DNA of 64,000 nt from positions 558,001 through 622,000 of the forward strand of contig CP089280.1 of the NCBI GenBank assembly GCA_023920165.1, in the 5' to 3' direction. Numbering within the stretch: position 1 is the stretch's first letter; each line of letters opens with the position of its first letter. Source of the stretch: Curvularia clavata. Taxonomy: Eukaryota. This document shows positions 1 to 12,447 of the stretch, in pieces. The notes under the pieces are model-generated. The model was not told the DNA's origin. It saw only the letters and a list, made by a program, of their open reading frames with translations, and did not search any database. A program made the translations under genes and the position numbers.

Positions 1-700
1 TATGCTTACTAACTTATATTTTTAATATTAGATCCCAACTACTAGCTTATCTCTATATAAAATACTAATCTTTATATTTCTAGCTATTTTATCAGCTGAG
101 TTATATTCAATCTAAAACTACTACTTTTTAGAGCACCTTTTTGTTATGAACCCCCACTATAATATTTATACATAGTATCTAATATATCTTATTTTTAGAG
201 TTTAGAATCTAAAATTCTATATTTATATCTTTACTTGGATAGTATCTTTCATTTCAACTTTCTAATTTCTAGTAGATTTAGAGGCGGTCTGCCGCTTATT
301 TATATCATATATATTTTAGGCCAATCACTATAGACGAGCTACTTATAGGAAATAAATATAGTCAAATTATATATATATATATATACTAGAAACTATAATT
401 ACTAAAATATTTAAGCGCGAAAAAGTCGCATTTATCTTACTTTTTTCTTTACTCTACCTTAATAATTTACTAAATTTTTTATCTACTGACTTAGGTAAAT
501 ATAAGAGTATAGTCTAAAACTACTAGCCAATCCCTATATAAAACACTAATCTTTACATTTATAGCTATTGCATTGGTTGAGTCATAGTAATTCTAAAACT
601 ACTACTGTTTCGAGTACTTTCTTTCTATGTCCACCCACTGTAAATAATCCGGCTCTACCCTAGTTTATATACTACATAATCTTGTCCTACCCTAATGTAT
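1..700. repeat. AT-rich, TpA-rich RIP-like degenerate tract containing a diverged direct repeat (37-163 vs 518-644)
   Basis: Very low GC, abundant TA dinucleotides and stops in all frames. Two ~125-bp segments align without gaps at offset 481 (shared AACTACTAGC, CTATATAAAA, ACTAATCTTTA, TCTAAAACTACTACT). Confidence 0.75.
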
Positions 701-1916
701 ATGCTAAGTAACCCAGCTCTACCCTTAACCTACTGCGGGTGCACCCAACCCATTTACCAGCCTACATTGGAATCGCCTCTTGTGTTATCTCTTTGCCAAG
801 CTCCATTCTGTTATCTCGACACTCATGCAGTTTATCAACATTTAGTCGGCATAAAATGTCTACATGAATCCATAGACTTAGGCACTCGCGAAATTGCTTT
901 TGGGCACGTCCATTTACTTGAGTACATGTCATAGGCAAGCCGAGTTTGCAATAAGAATAATGATATCGGTTTCTCGAACGCCAGGAGACCCAAGTCCAAA
1001 GCACCTTTTTCCTGTCACTACGAATTGATGCGACCCAAGCTCGAAAACTTTGGTTCAGATCGCTAGCCAGAGTCTTTACTATTGACTTCAAGCTATGCGT
1101 TTCGCACAAGCAGCTTTTTAAGCACCATCTCCAGCTTTTAAGTGGAGCAATAGAATTACTCGCTACTTCTAGAGACGAAGAGTTCGCTCGATTCGTCTCG
1201 GAAGCGCTCTTGCTTGAAGACGCTGGGCGAGATCCTTCTTCACGCAAGCATCAGCCATAATGCAGACAAGGGCAACCTCACTGTTGCCGCAGCGACAAAG
1301 CGTAAGCTGTTCTTGACGTTACTTACGAAGTGGAGTCCAACACTGCTAGGTTAAGCAGCTGAACGAACATCTGAGGCTCTGGAGGTCGTTTGTTATCAAG
1401 TTGCACATGCGCACCAAACGCACAACAGTCTCTATGCGATCAACTGAATGACTACCAAAGGCCGTCGGAATTTAAAGTTACAGATACGCCGCTAAATATA
1501 GTCGACAGCGGTTGCTTCACGGGGGGCCGAGGCGCAATCCAGATGTGGGCTGCGGCTAAGTCCCAGCTTGAAACCCCGCTACCCGTGCAGTAGGCTGACC
1601 GATCTTCCAGTGTCCCAGCCTCTCAACTGGTATTGGTCCGACGGGCGTAGCCTTGCGACTGCACGCAAGTAATAGGGGGCCTGATTATGTTCCTTCGGCG
1701 CGCTCGTAGCATGCACTACAATGTGAACCGTCAGCCTGGTCGACATCTTCTCGACTTTTCTCAAACCCTCGCTGCCACACTGGGAAAGACTCGTCGCCGT
1801 CATGCATCGAGCACCCACGAGGTACCGAAGAATTGACGAAAGAAATTCTAGAGAGTACGCTGACGACATCGAACTTTTGGGGCATAGGTGAGACGGCCAT
1901 CAAATTTGGCGTTGAG

Positions 1917-4326
1917 ATGGCATTGCTAACCGATCGTAGAAGCGACAACAAAAGCAATGTTGGTGCTGATTGTGCTTTGGAGCAGGTCGCAACCATCGAA
2001 TTCGACGCATTCGCAAAGAATGCACGTACGCGGCCTTCCGACTCTCCTCGGGCCATCTTGAACGCCAAAGAGCACCGTTTCCTCTCAGGCTGGCGTGTAG
2101 GAGCTCTCGTCTCGCTCATTGGCGTGCTTTTGGTCTTTACTTGCAATCTTACTCTTTTCTTGACCGTCCGGTTAAGGCATGGTACCAAATTAGATGGCTC
2201 CATCGGAACTCTGTTTGAAGGCGATTGCGACAGAACAAGGCGGTTGAACACCTGGGTCCATCTTATCGTCAATGTTTTGAGCACGCTTCTGCTCGGCGCA
2301 AGCAACTATTGCATGCAGATACTTAGCGCACCCACCAGGGAGGAGCTCGTACGTGCTCATGGCCGTCGCACCTGGCTCCACATTGGAGTACCCAGCTTGC
2401 GTAATCTTCGTCATATTGGTCGCAATCGGTCAGCTTTGTGGCTAGCGCTGTGCTTGTCCTCAATGCCGCTTCATCTCCTCTTCAACTCGGTCGTTTTCAC
2501 CAACTTGCAAGCAAACGAATACGCTGTTGTCCCGACTACTGAGGACTGGCTCCATGGAGGAACATATAATACATCTGGTTTCATCGATATGGACAGCTCC
2601 CTCACGGCCAGCGTCATCGATTACATTGACACCTATCGAATCAATGAAACTTCCACGCAAGGATCATACACTAACACGAGGGGGTTCGTGACTGCTTACG
2701 ATAAGGTGAACGTCGCTGAATGTTTCAATACGTATAATGATCAGTATGTCTCCAACGCTGGCAATGTCTACATTATTCAAGACGGGGCAACAGTCTGGCG
2801 TAACCTTAGTCACTGGTACCTCAACAGGACAGTTCTTGACGGCAGTTATCATTGGAACAGGAGAAACTACCCTATCGGGAGCAGATCATCTTACAGAAAC
2901 ACCCCATTATTCAACAGTGCACCCTCTTTCTACCCGTCTAATGGTTGGCGATGCCTGTCACACGTGGCCAGCGAATGCGATATCGAGGATGGCTACGAGG
3001 TTCCCAAGAATCGATCGCAGTGGCGACCGTTCGAAGCCCCTATCAAGTATTGCCTCATCGAAAAGGTCGAGGAACGCTGCAAACTGCAATTCAGCTTTCC
3101 GATTGCGCTTTTGGTCATTGTATCTAACGGCATCAAAGCCCTATGTATGCTTTTGACCCTTATAGTGTACAGAAAGCACCTGCCTCTTGTTACACTTGGT
3201 GATGCCATTGCGCACTTCCTGGACGAACCAGACCCTGAGACCAAGGCCGGTGCCTATACTCGAAAAACTTGATGGAAGCTCAGTGGACGTGGGAGCTCAC
3301 GCATGGTGCACAGAAGGACGAGCTTGGTGTATGGCCAGAAGCATATGATCCAAAGCGACGGCTATGGCGAAAAGCACCAAGCTCTCTCAGGTGGGCGACC
3401 ACATATTTTCTGTATGTAGACCGCTCTGTACTTCCTGATTGGCACTAATAGTTACCAGTTATTGCGTTGCCATCATCTTTGGAAGCGTCTGCGCAGCTCG
3501 ATCCATGGACGGCATGCCGAAAGATCCTCGGAAACTGTTCAAAGTTGGCTTTGGCACTGTGACGGGCAACAACCTCTTGAGTATGAACACATCGCTTATT
3601 GGCGGCATTTTACTCGCAAATCTTCCACAGGCACTGCTGTCCTACATTTATCTCGCCTTCAACGCCTTGTACACCAACATGTTCGTCGGACAGGAGTGGA
3701 GCTCGTACAAGGACACACGAAAGTCACTTCGCGTCACTGCGCCGATCGGTGAGCAGCGTGACACATACTGGCTCAACGTCCCTTTTCGATACGCTGTACC
3801 AATGATCGTCATTTCAGGTATCTTCCACTGGCTTGCATCTCAGAGTCTCTTCCTGGTTCAGGTTACTGTCATGGACGATCTCACACGCCAAGTCTCCAAT
3901 CAAATCTCGACATGTGGGTTTTCTCCCTTTGCTATAATTATGTGTACTGTGCTAGGGTCTATTCTAGCTGGAGGCGGTATCGTCATTGGAAGATTGAGAT
4001 ATCCTGGAGGTATGCCCTTGGCAGGAAGTTGCTCGGCTGCGATCAGTGCATGCTGTCATCCACCGCCAGGTGACATTCATGCGAGCATACTACCAGTTCA
4101 GTGAGGTGCTGTTTCTCACGGTCAGGAAGTAGAAAGCTTACTCCCTGCAAGCGCAATCTCTCTCCAAACAAGCGAAAGGTTGGGTACAAGCACGATACCT
4201 TTAACTTGGCATGAGGTAGTAGAAGGTACGAAAGGAACGGGCAAGAAGGCGTCAGTAGTTCTTGGTCATTGCACATTCACCAGTTTGCCCGTAGAAGAGC
4301 CAAGACCTGGACATCTGTACGCTTAG
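1917..4326 (+). pseudogene. DUF6536-like fungal multi-pass membrane protein, disrupted by a frameshift and a premature stop
   Basis: Family-like motifs HLIVNVLSTLLLGASNYCMQILSAPTR, LSSMPLHLLFNS, TLGDAIAHFL..PD, LANLPQ, HWLASQSLF, SCSAAISACCHP. A 1-nt loss at ~3245 is needed to read TK-GRCL. Intron 3412-3458. TGA at 4102-4104 lies in PVQ[W]G and the frame continues to GHCTFTS..GHLYA-TAG at 4326. Confidence 0.8.
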
Positions 4327-7300
4327 CACGCGGAACAATAACTTTACTACAAATTGCTGCAGGCAACAGGAAACCTCTAGTTCGCAGATTTTCAAGTTCA
4401 CGTTCCTACATTACTTAATAGCATTGACTGATCGACATTTATAAAGATTCTGTATGCCGGCCATCGACTATCGGAAATTGCAAAGATTTCAGAACTTCTG
4501 CATGCATGACAACTTTGCCCTAGACAAGGATTAGCCTAGTATCTCGTATTATCACTTACATGTTGTACAACTCCTATAACCTCTACAAAGTAAGTATCGA
4601 GCATATAGTTATTAAATTTCGCCGTAGTCTGTAATCAATATCTCTGCCTATAGACTATGTACCTGGCTTTGAACCCGCTATTAGTTAGACATAGCTTGGT
4701 AAGTCACGTAATGGATGTCTCGTACAAATTTCGCAAGTCTTCTACGTTTTTACGAGTATTGAATTGTATATGAAATATGCTATGAACAGTTTAGTGTATA
4801 TAAGCGGCGGGCAATCAAGGTGCTATACTTGTGGCGATACCAGGAGGGTCAGATAGCGACGATTCGTTGATGCGAAGCGCGTCTCGACAAGCGAGTTCCG
4901 TGTGTACATTTGACCATAACAGGAGGTGGCGGCGCCACTCTATCTCATTTCTGAGGCATTGGCAATCTATTCATCCGATCTGAATTTCAATTGGAGTCTG
5001 AGATGCTCATATCAAACGAGCTCGTATTCCCAGCTGCTCGGGGTCAGGCCTCTAGGCAAAGGCCGAAGCAACAAAAACGAAGCCAAGATCGCATTGACCT
5101 TTCTTTGGAGCCTTGAAAACTCGATGGATCCAATATACAAGTCCGCCCTGTGTTTCATCCAAATCAGCAACACTTGGCAGTCCTCGTGTCGTATAACCAA
5201 CTCCGCCGAGTAGAATACCTAAGCCAGTGCAAGGTAGGAGGAGGAAACATGGGCAGCATCAATTCGAGGATCGAAACCTGAAATAGGGGTGGGACCCTGT
5301 TAAGAGACCAGCTGTCCGAACGCTTTGGGCTCGAGGTAGAAGGGATAAGTAAGAAGAGGGTCGGACTTCTGATTGCGGCCGAAGGAGCAAATGCAAACCT
5401 CAATCATGCCGATCTTCTTGACTTCGGGGATGCTCATTGCATCGATATAAACGTCATTCGTCACAGCGACGGAAGTAAGCATGGATTTTCCTATTGACTC
5501 TTCGCCCCTCGCAAGGGTTTCACCACCTGACGAATTGCTTGTACTGTGCTCTTTTGGTACTCTCAGCTAGTGTTTCTAGCTATGGAAAATATTCGCACAT
5601 TCCTCTAAGCTTCGCCAAGATCGGTAGTCAACTCACTATGCACACCACATCTTGAGCCGCCCGAACTCATTGGTCTTATGTGATTAACATACCGTAATCG
5701 GCCTGTGAAACTTAAAATAGGCCCTGCTTTGTCACAGATAAAATCTGTTCTTGTACGAGACGACTGTAAACGTATCAAGCACTGCTCCCACTAAGATATG
5801 GTTTGATTGATTCAGGTGCAGTTAAATTATAGATTCATCACGTCTGTTTCATCCTGCTAGAGGGTTAGTAGGACAAAAACGTGCACTCAGCATTCCTTGA
5901 ACCTCATTTCATCATACCAAACATAAATATAAAAGTCTTCGCTATCACTCCAGCTCTACGTCTTATGACTGCTCCTACTACCGCCAATCTTAGAGATGTT
6001 TCATATAGGAATCTTCAAATTCGTTCTCAAAGCAGTTCCTATACTATTCCACAACTTTGTTATGACTTTTTAAAAAAGCAGATCCTCGCTACTAGTACTA
6101 TCTGATTGAATTTCGCTATTACTATACTCCACCTACCGATATAGATATTGAAGTGATTATCTACATTTTATAGGCCGATCTTGTAGATAACAACTTTGCT
6201 AAGTGAAAGGTTACGTCTACAACCAGTATATAGTTATACAGTGATGATATGTAGAAAATGTTACTAGCTTTAGAATCTCCAAGTAGAATTAGAGCGTGTT
6301 ATGGCTGTGCTATAGCTACGTTTTGGAGTAGCTACAATCTAGCCAAAACAGTAGAACCTTTCTAAAGTAAGTTTGTATATACTATAGTTTGAGCTTTAAT
6401 GCAACCGATGACTAGCCACAGGTAAACCCTGCAGGTTATGGATCTTATGCGAACCTCATATCACACACTGGAGTTCAACCATGTGTTTTTCTCGTGTTCC
6501 AAGGTTGTCTTATTCGATCCTTGTATCTTCACGACCAGATCAAGATATACCTGTCTCAGATAAATCCAAGAGCGACTTGTAAGTGGAGAATAGGCGATAA
6601 TAGATTCTTATATCATTTTTAACTCACTAGCCCTCAAATCAGAATCGTACTGCACAACATTGGTATCGCCATAAATACAGTCGGAGTACAAACACAGGAC
6701 CTTATGCCCTACCATGGTCCGTCTCACACGATGGAACCGCTCCCATGTTTGCACACATGACGTGCCAGCTTCTGGAAGCGACAACATTGTATAATCTGAC
6801 TGAGATTTAATGTTCATCTCGGCTGTTTGTTGGCGATTTAACTTTGTGGCAACGTCCGCCACATGATTCAGGACATTTACAACTATGTTTTTGCTCAACA
6901 CAGAAAGCCAATAAAATGGAAGAGTACTTCTTATCACCAGTGTGAAATCACTCCTTAGACTGAAGCACCATTGTAGCCCAACCAGGACAGCCCGCCGATG
7001 CAGGGCGCAAAATCCAGGCCAAATTCAAGGTGCCAACTGCAGAGCCCCAACTCCAGAGGCTGAATGCAAAGCGTCAGCTTAGGACGCTGGGTACAGAGCG
7101 CCAACTTAGGGTGCTAAGAGCATTAGCTTAGAGCGCTAAGTATAGAGCTTTGCCCAGGCTTAGCCCGGGCAACTTGTAGTTTCACCTCAAACTGAGGCGC
7201 AAATTGAAAGCATGGAATGCCAGGCGCGAAGCCTTCTTGGCAGAAAGAGAAATACAAGGGAGTGGCCTCACGATATTGCTGGCCTGAAAGGAGAATGGAG

Positions 7301-9151
7301 AGCGCCAATGCGACAGAGTGCTACTCAGCGGATATTCTGTCTGCTCTTTTCGTCCTGGGCTATGCGAAAATTTACATTCGCGTGTGACTAGGTGACAACA
7401 AGAGGAGCGGTGAGATCCACGGATAGATCGCGGGGAAACTGAAGGTCAAAAAAAAATCAGGGTATGTTGAGAGTGACGTTGCTAGTAATCTGTCAGTAGA
7501 AGCAATAAGTATTCCGTTCATGAGCCAGTGTTGCCACCTAATGTTCTCGCGTATCTTTAGAGCCACCTGACCAATAACGCCAAAACCTGACCAATTTCCT
7601 TTAATTCCATCTCGTACTACATGAGGGCAAGGAACTACTCCACAATATGATCATCAGTCCCGTATGTTTGGCGTTGTGGCAGGGCTACCTAGCCCACAGT
7701 CACATGATGCAGATTGTACGCGAGTTGCATCTGGACCCCAGCGAAAAACCTATTATACGAAGCTCAAGAGTATACCCAGGGTTCCAAAGATGAGCACCCG
7801 GCCCCCCCAGAATGTCAGCCACTTGAGCTTGTCTCTACGATCAACTCACAGAGTCCACATACTGTTAGAAGCGCGACAAAGCATATATTCTTGAATGGGG
7901 TCAAGTTGACTTCGTAGATACGGAAAAGTAACAGACTTGCTATATGAAGATGTGTTAGGTCTTGTGCGTCTAAGCCACCATCCGAAAGGTACAAATCGTA
8001 GCAAGGTGTCCTCGGCATCCGGCCCACATGATTGAGTCAATGAGCGATCAATCGGTCCCAGTTCGTGCAGTACTGTTGCTTGCCTAGTATCATATCTCCT
8101 GCGGCTGCGCAAGTTTTCGGAAAATATCAATTGGTATGATACGAGGGTTTCCTTAAAAGTTTTCGACTTCGAATTTGTGCAACGAAACCAAGAGATACAT
8201 TACTCAACAATATTAGTGAGTAAATTCCGTGCTATAGGGATCAAGATATCTTCCCAGGTAAACAGTCCACGAGTACGATATTCAGATCTACAGCGGGAAG
8301 GAGATGCATTTGATATTGTTTTCAGCCTCGAGTAACCAACGTGGCCGTCATTGGTGACCATTTTATGCCAAGAAATGGCCCAGCTTGCTTTGGTGGATCG
8401 GACTTGGCAGTCTAGGCAAAGCCCGAGAGAGGTACCCAAGACAAGAACCTATCCCTGTCAGAGTGGTACAAGAATCAGACGAAGCATAATAGGAAGATGC
8501 TTGCCTACAACGCGCTTCAATACATCTCGTCAAGCATTGCTATGCCTCGGCAACTTCTGCCTTTATCACTGTAGCTAAACCTTTTGTCTAGGTTTTCAAC
8601 CTCCTTCCAGTCTATCCGACATTTAAAGGCAACAAGACACACAAGAAGAATGTGGGCGGACAATCCCGCACAATACGTTAGAAATCGCTGTCACTTCAGC
8701 TCGGCACAGATCGCCACCAACCATTTGCTTCTTGGCTCGAGCTGCGATGCTCGGCATACTCTCCATGGCTGCTTGGCTATACCCATCCTTACAGCTATTG
8801 TTTCACGTTAGCGCAGTCTATTATCTCTGTGGAGAACCCAGAGACATGAAGTAGCAGCGCCTACCACCCAGGTGGCCTAGGGAGTTGAGGCAATCTTGTC
8901 AACTAGTCTTCTCCTTGTCATACCTCACATCTCTTCCGTGAGGCCAACCTCTCCTTATTCTTTTTGCACTTTTCTTCTATCGGTAATAATCGTTGATGTG
9001 AACACGGCTGGTCCGCTATCTACCTCCTATTCCTTTCGCCGGTCGAACCCATTGTCTAGTACCTCTCTTGTATTCACTTTTGTCTGCAACATACGCGATC
9101 TTGATAAAAGTCACTGCATCGTATCTTTTCAAGTTCTCTAGCCTTGCCAAC

Positions 9152-11111
9152 ATGCCGACACTCGACGTCAGTGAGCTCAACGTTGTTATCGCCATCTTGG
9201 GTACGTCACTAGTGCAACCATTCCAGTACGAAGTCGACTAACACTGCTCCAATATAGGCGCCTTCATTGTCTGCTATGGCTTCATTTCTATCAAGATTAA
9301 GCAGGTATGGTACCTCGGTGAAGCATGTAAGTCCATAAACATCATTCAGATATGTTCTCTCCTGGATCAACGTTTCACTTACAAATCTTAGTACCTGCCG
9401 TGATTATTGGTATTGTGCTGGGTCCAATAGCCGCCAAATTTCTCGATGCAGAGAAATGGGGCTCTGCTACTCAAGGGCAGCAGGAGGCTATCACGCTGGT
9501 AAATTCACGAACAGCATATCTCTACAGTAGACATGGCTAACATATATGCAGGGTATGTGTCGCGTAGTAATTGGCATCCAACTTGTCATCGCCGGCTTCC
9601 AGCTTCCCGCCAGATATGCACAGACTCGATGGAAGGAGATGGCGTTGTGTCTTCTTCCAATCATGACCATCATGTGGATTTGCACCAGTGTTTGTGTCCT
9701 GATCACAATCCCTAAAATCTCATTCTTAGCTGCACTTGTTATCGGGTCCTGCGTCACTTGCACAGATCCTATATTATCGCAGGCCGTAGCAAAAGGTCCC
9801 TTCGCCGACAAGTTTGTTCCTCGTGCACTACGAGAGATTATCTCATCAGAAGCTGGCGCCAATGATGGATTCGGTTTTCCCTTTCTTCTATTAGCAACCT
9901 ACTTGATCCGCCATGCCGATCTCGAGGGCGTCAAGTTTAAGGAAGGCCTCTCCGAGGGCACTACAGGGATCGCACATCGAACAATCGACATACTCACTAA
10001 GCGCAGTGAGGAGGGCGTTGGCCGTCTTGGTGGGGGTGTTCCTATGGCCATCGAACAATGGATTGTAGAGGGATGGTTGTACATCATCGTCATGTCCGTC
10101 GCCATTGGCGTGATCATTGGAGCTGCAAGCATGTTTGCCATAAAGTTTGGTCTTCGTAAAAAGTGGATAGACTCAGAGAGTCTTCTACTGTGGCCGATGG
10201 CTATTGGTCTCTTCATTCTCGGCATTTGCGGTGCACTCGGCACAGACGACCTCCTTGCCTGCTTCGTTGCTGGCAATGTCATGAACTGGAATGGTGTTTA
10301 TCTCGAAGAGACTGAGAAACGTCACGACGAGGTCAACAGCTGCTTTGATGTCATTCTCAACTTCGGTGGTTTCATGTACATCGGCACCATCATCCCTTGG
10401 AGGGAATTTCAGCTTCCAGATGTGACCGGTATTTCGATTGGAAGACTCATGATACTTGGTTTTCTAATCCTTGCTTTCCGGCGGATTCCAGCAATATTCA
10501 TGATGTACAAGGTCATGCCTAATGTTGTCAAGGACTGGAAAGAGGCACTGTTCATGGGATACTTTGGGCCCATTGGTAAAGAGAATCGAAACCAGCGGGA
10601 AATAAGTTACTGACTTTCCATAGGAATCGGTGCAGTTTTTTACGTCGAACACACACGTCACCTATTCCCAAAACCTGAAGAAGCCCAAACGGATGAGGAA
10701 GAAAACCTTGTTGCAGCCATGATACCTGTTGTTTACTTCCTTGTAATCTTCTCCATCGTCGTCCATGGCCTTTCTATCCCAGCTCTGGATGCCTTTTACC
10801 GCTACAAGAAGATTCCACCTATCCAAGAAGCTGAACCAGCAGAGATTCGCCCACTTTCTGTTTACGAAGCCCTACCCAACAACGCCCGTATGGACACCAA
10901 ACGGAACTCAGTTTTTGTGCACAATCGCTTCTCAAGGCCTGTTTCTACGGGCCCCGCTCCGCAGCTATACAGGTGGAACACCGAGTCTAGGGACAGCGAT
11001 GTGACATATAAGGTCGCGTCGCAACCAGAAAGCGTGGACTATGCAAAGCAGCTGGAAAATATCCGGTTTGCAGAGGATTATGCTCACGAGAAGGCTTATA
11101 TGGCCCGGTAA
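9152..11111 (+). CDS. Plasma-membrane Na+(K+)/H+ antiporter (CPA1 family, Nha1/Sod2-like), multi-exon
   Basis: ATG 9152 (MPTLDVSELN), first intron 9201-9257 and further introns. Motifs YLGEA, TDPILSQAV, SEAGANDGFGFP, GTDDLLACF, RRIP, FGPIG, SIVVHG. Confidence 0.9.
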
Positions 11112-11730
11112 GTTGGTGTGGGATAACGGGAACCAGAGAACAGCGAAGAGAGAAGCTATATTGACACGAGTTTGATGTTGGAGCATCTCTCTTTTTTGTG
11201 TCAACAACGACCAATTAGCTTCGTCTCACGGTATGAGGAGGACAGTGATAGGGTTTGTTCATCTCAGTGTCCTTCATTCACAAAGCTCAGTCTCGGTCTG
11301 GTGCAATTGGTCACACCAGCTTGGGACATGTCCTTAGTTACAACTCACGACGCCACTCGTTTTTGAATTTCATTCACTGCATAGAATTATTTTAGAATGA
11401 AAATCCACTCATTTCTGCCCGATGGCTGCCATGGGCGTCCCAAAAGCATCTATACCCGGCCTTTGTTGTCGCCATCACCAAATGTAGCGAGACTCATACC
11501 TATGGGAAAGCGACGTTAGTAGATATGTGATATGAGTAAGGCGAAATGATTGTTCTGTCATCGCTCCTTGATCGCTTCTTGAGATCCCATTCACTACCTG
11601 TTGTCCCAAGCCTCTACGCGCTTTTCTTCCTTTTGCTTCTTGTTGCTGCCCCGAGGATGGCGTCAACCATTGGTCGAATTCGGAATATGCCAAAGCTATG
11701 CCAAGTCTCCGCTGCCAAGGTATGGCTGCC

Positions 11731-11885
11731 TCATTCGTGCCGTTCTTTCCGGTACCCTTTCATGGTCCCGCCGCCGAGTCTCTTGCGTCTTCTCATCCGT
11801 GCCGTTCTTTCCGATACCTCTTCCTGTTCCCGCCGCCAAGTCTCTTGTGCTTTCTCATCGGTGTCGTCCTTTCCGGGTCGTCATG
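11731..11885. repeat. 62-bp minisatellite, about 2.5 copies
   Basis: Units start at 11731, 11793 and 11855 (TCATxCGTGCCGTTCTTTCCG...CCCGCCGCCxAGTCTCTTG). Confidence 0.85.
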
Positions 11886-12447
11886 TTGCCTTGTCAGTTT
11901 AATTTTGTTCATTACTTTGGTTGCAGGCCAAAGTTTTGTAACTGGATCCGTGCGCAAAAGATGAGAGTAAACTCGATCAGGTGATTAAATACTCTTCCGA
12001 GCCAATGATAGCCTCGTAAAGTCTCGAATCTAGGGGTTTTTGTCGATTATGTGCGAAAACTGTATAGCGTCGGAGTGACAAAACTTACGCCTGCAACCAT
12101 AGTACTTCGATTGTTCAAGCCACGACATTCACTGAGTGATCTTGTAAAACGATTCTTGCCTTAAGTTTGTCTCATGTCAGACAATACAAGGAATGATATG
12201 AGAATGACTAGGTTGTTGTTCGTCTGCAAGTGAGTCAAGATTATTAGCTTTCTTTCCATCAGTTCTCACTTCGTGCCACAATCGCCCCATTGATGTTCTA
12301 CTGAACCCTGAAAAGATCGAAGAGGCTTATCGTCATGACTCCCAGTTTTCTCCGTCTTAAGATTTGCCTCTGCTTGTGTGGCAACGAAGCATAGATACTG
12401 AGTTTTAAAGAATAAGGTAGATCCAAGACATGTCCGCTGCGTTGGTT

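Noticed and set aside
1..8900. Starship or other intact transposon
   Set aside because: No tyrosine recombinase, transposase, reverse transcriptase or terminal repeats recognisable.
11731..11885. CRISPR-like repeat array
   Set aside because: Eukaryotic DNA; whole units repeat with no unique spacers and no cas genes.
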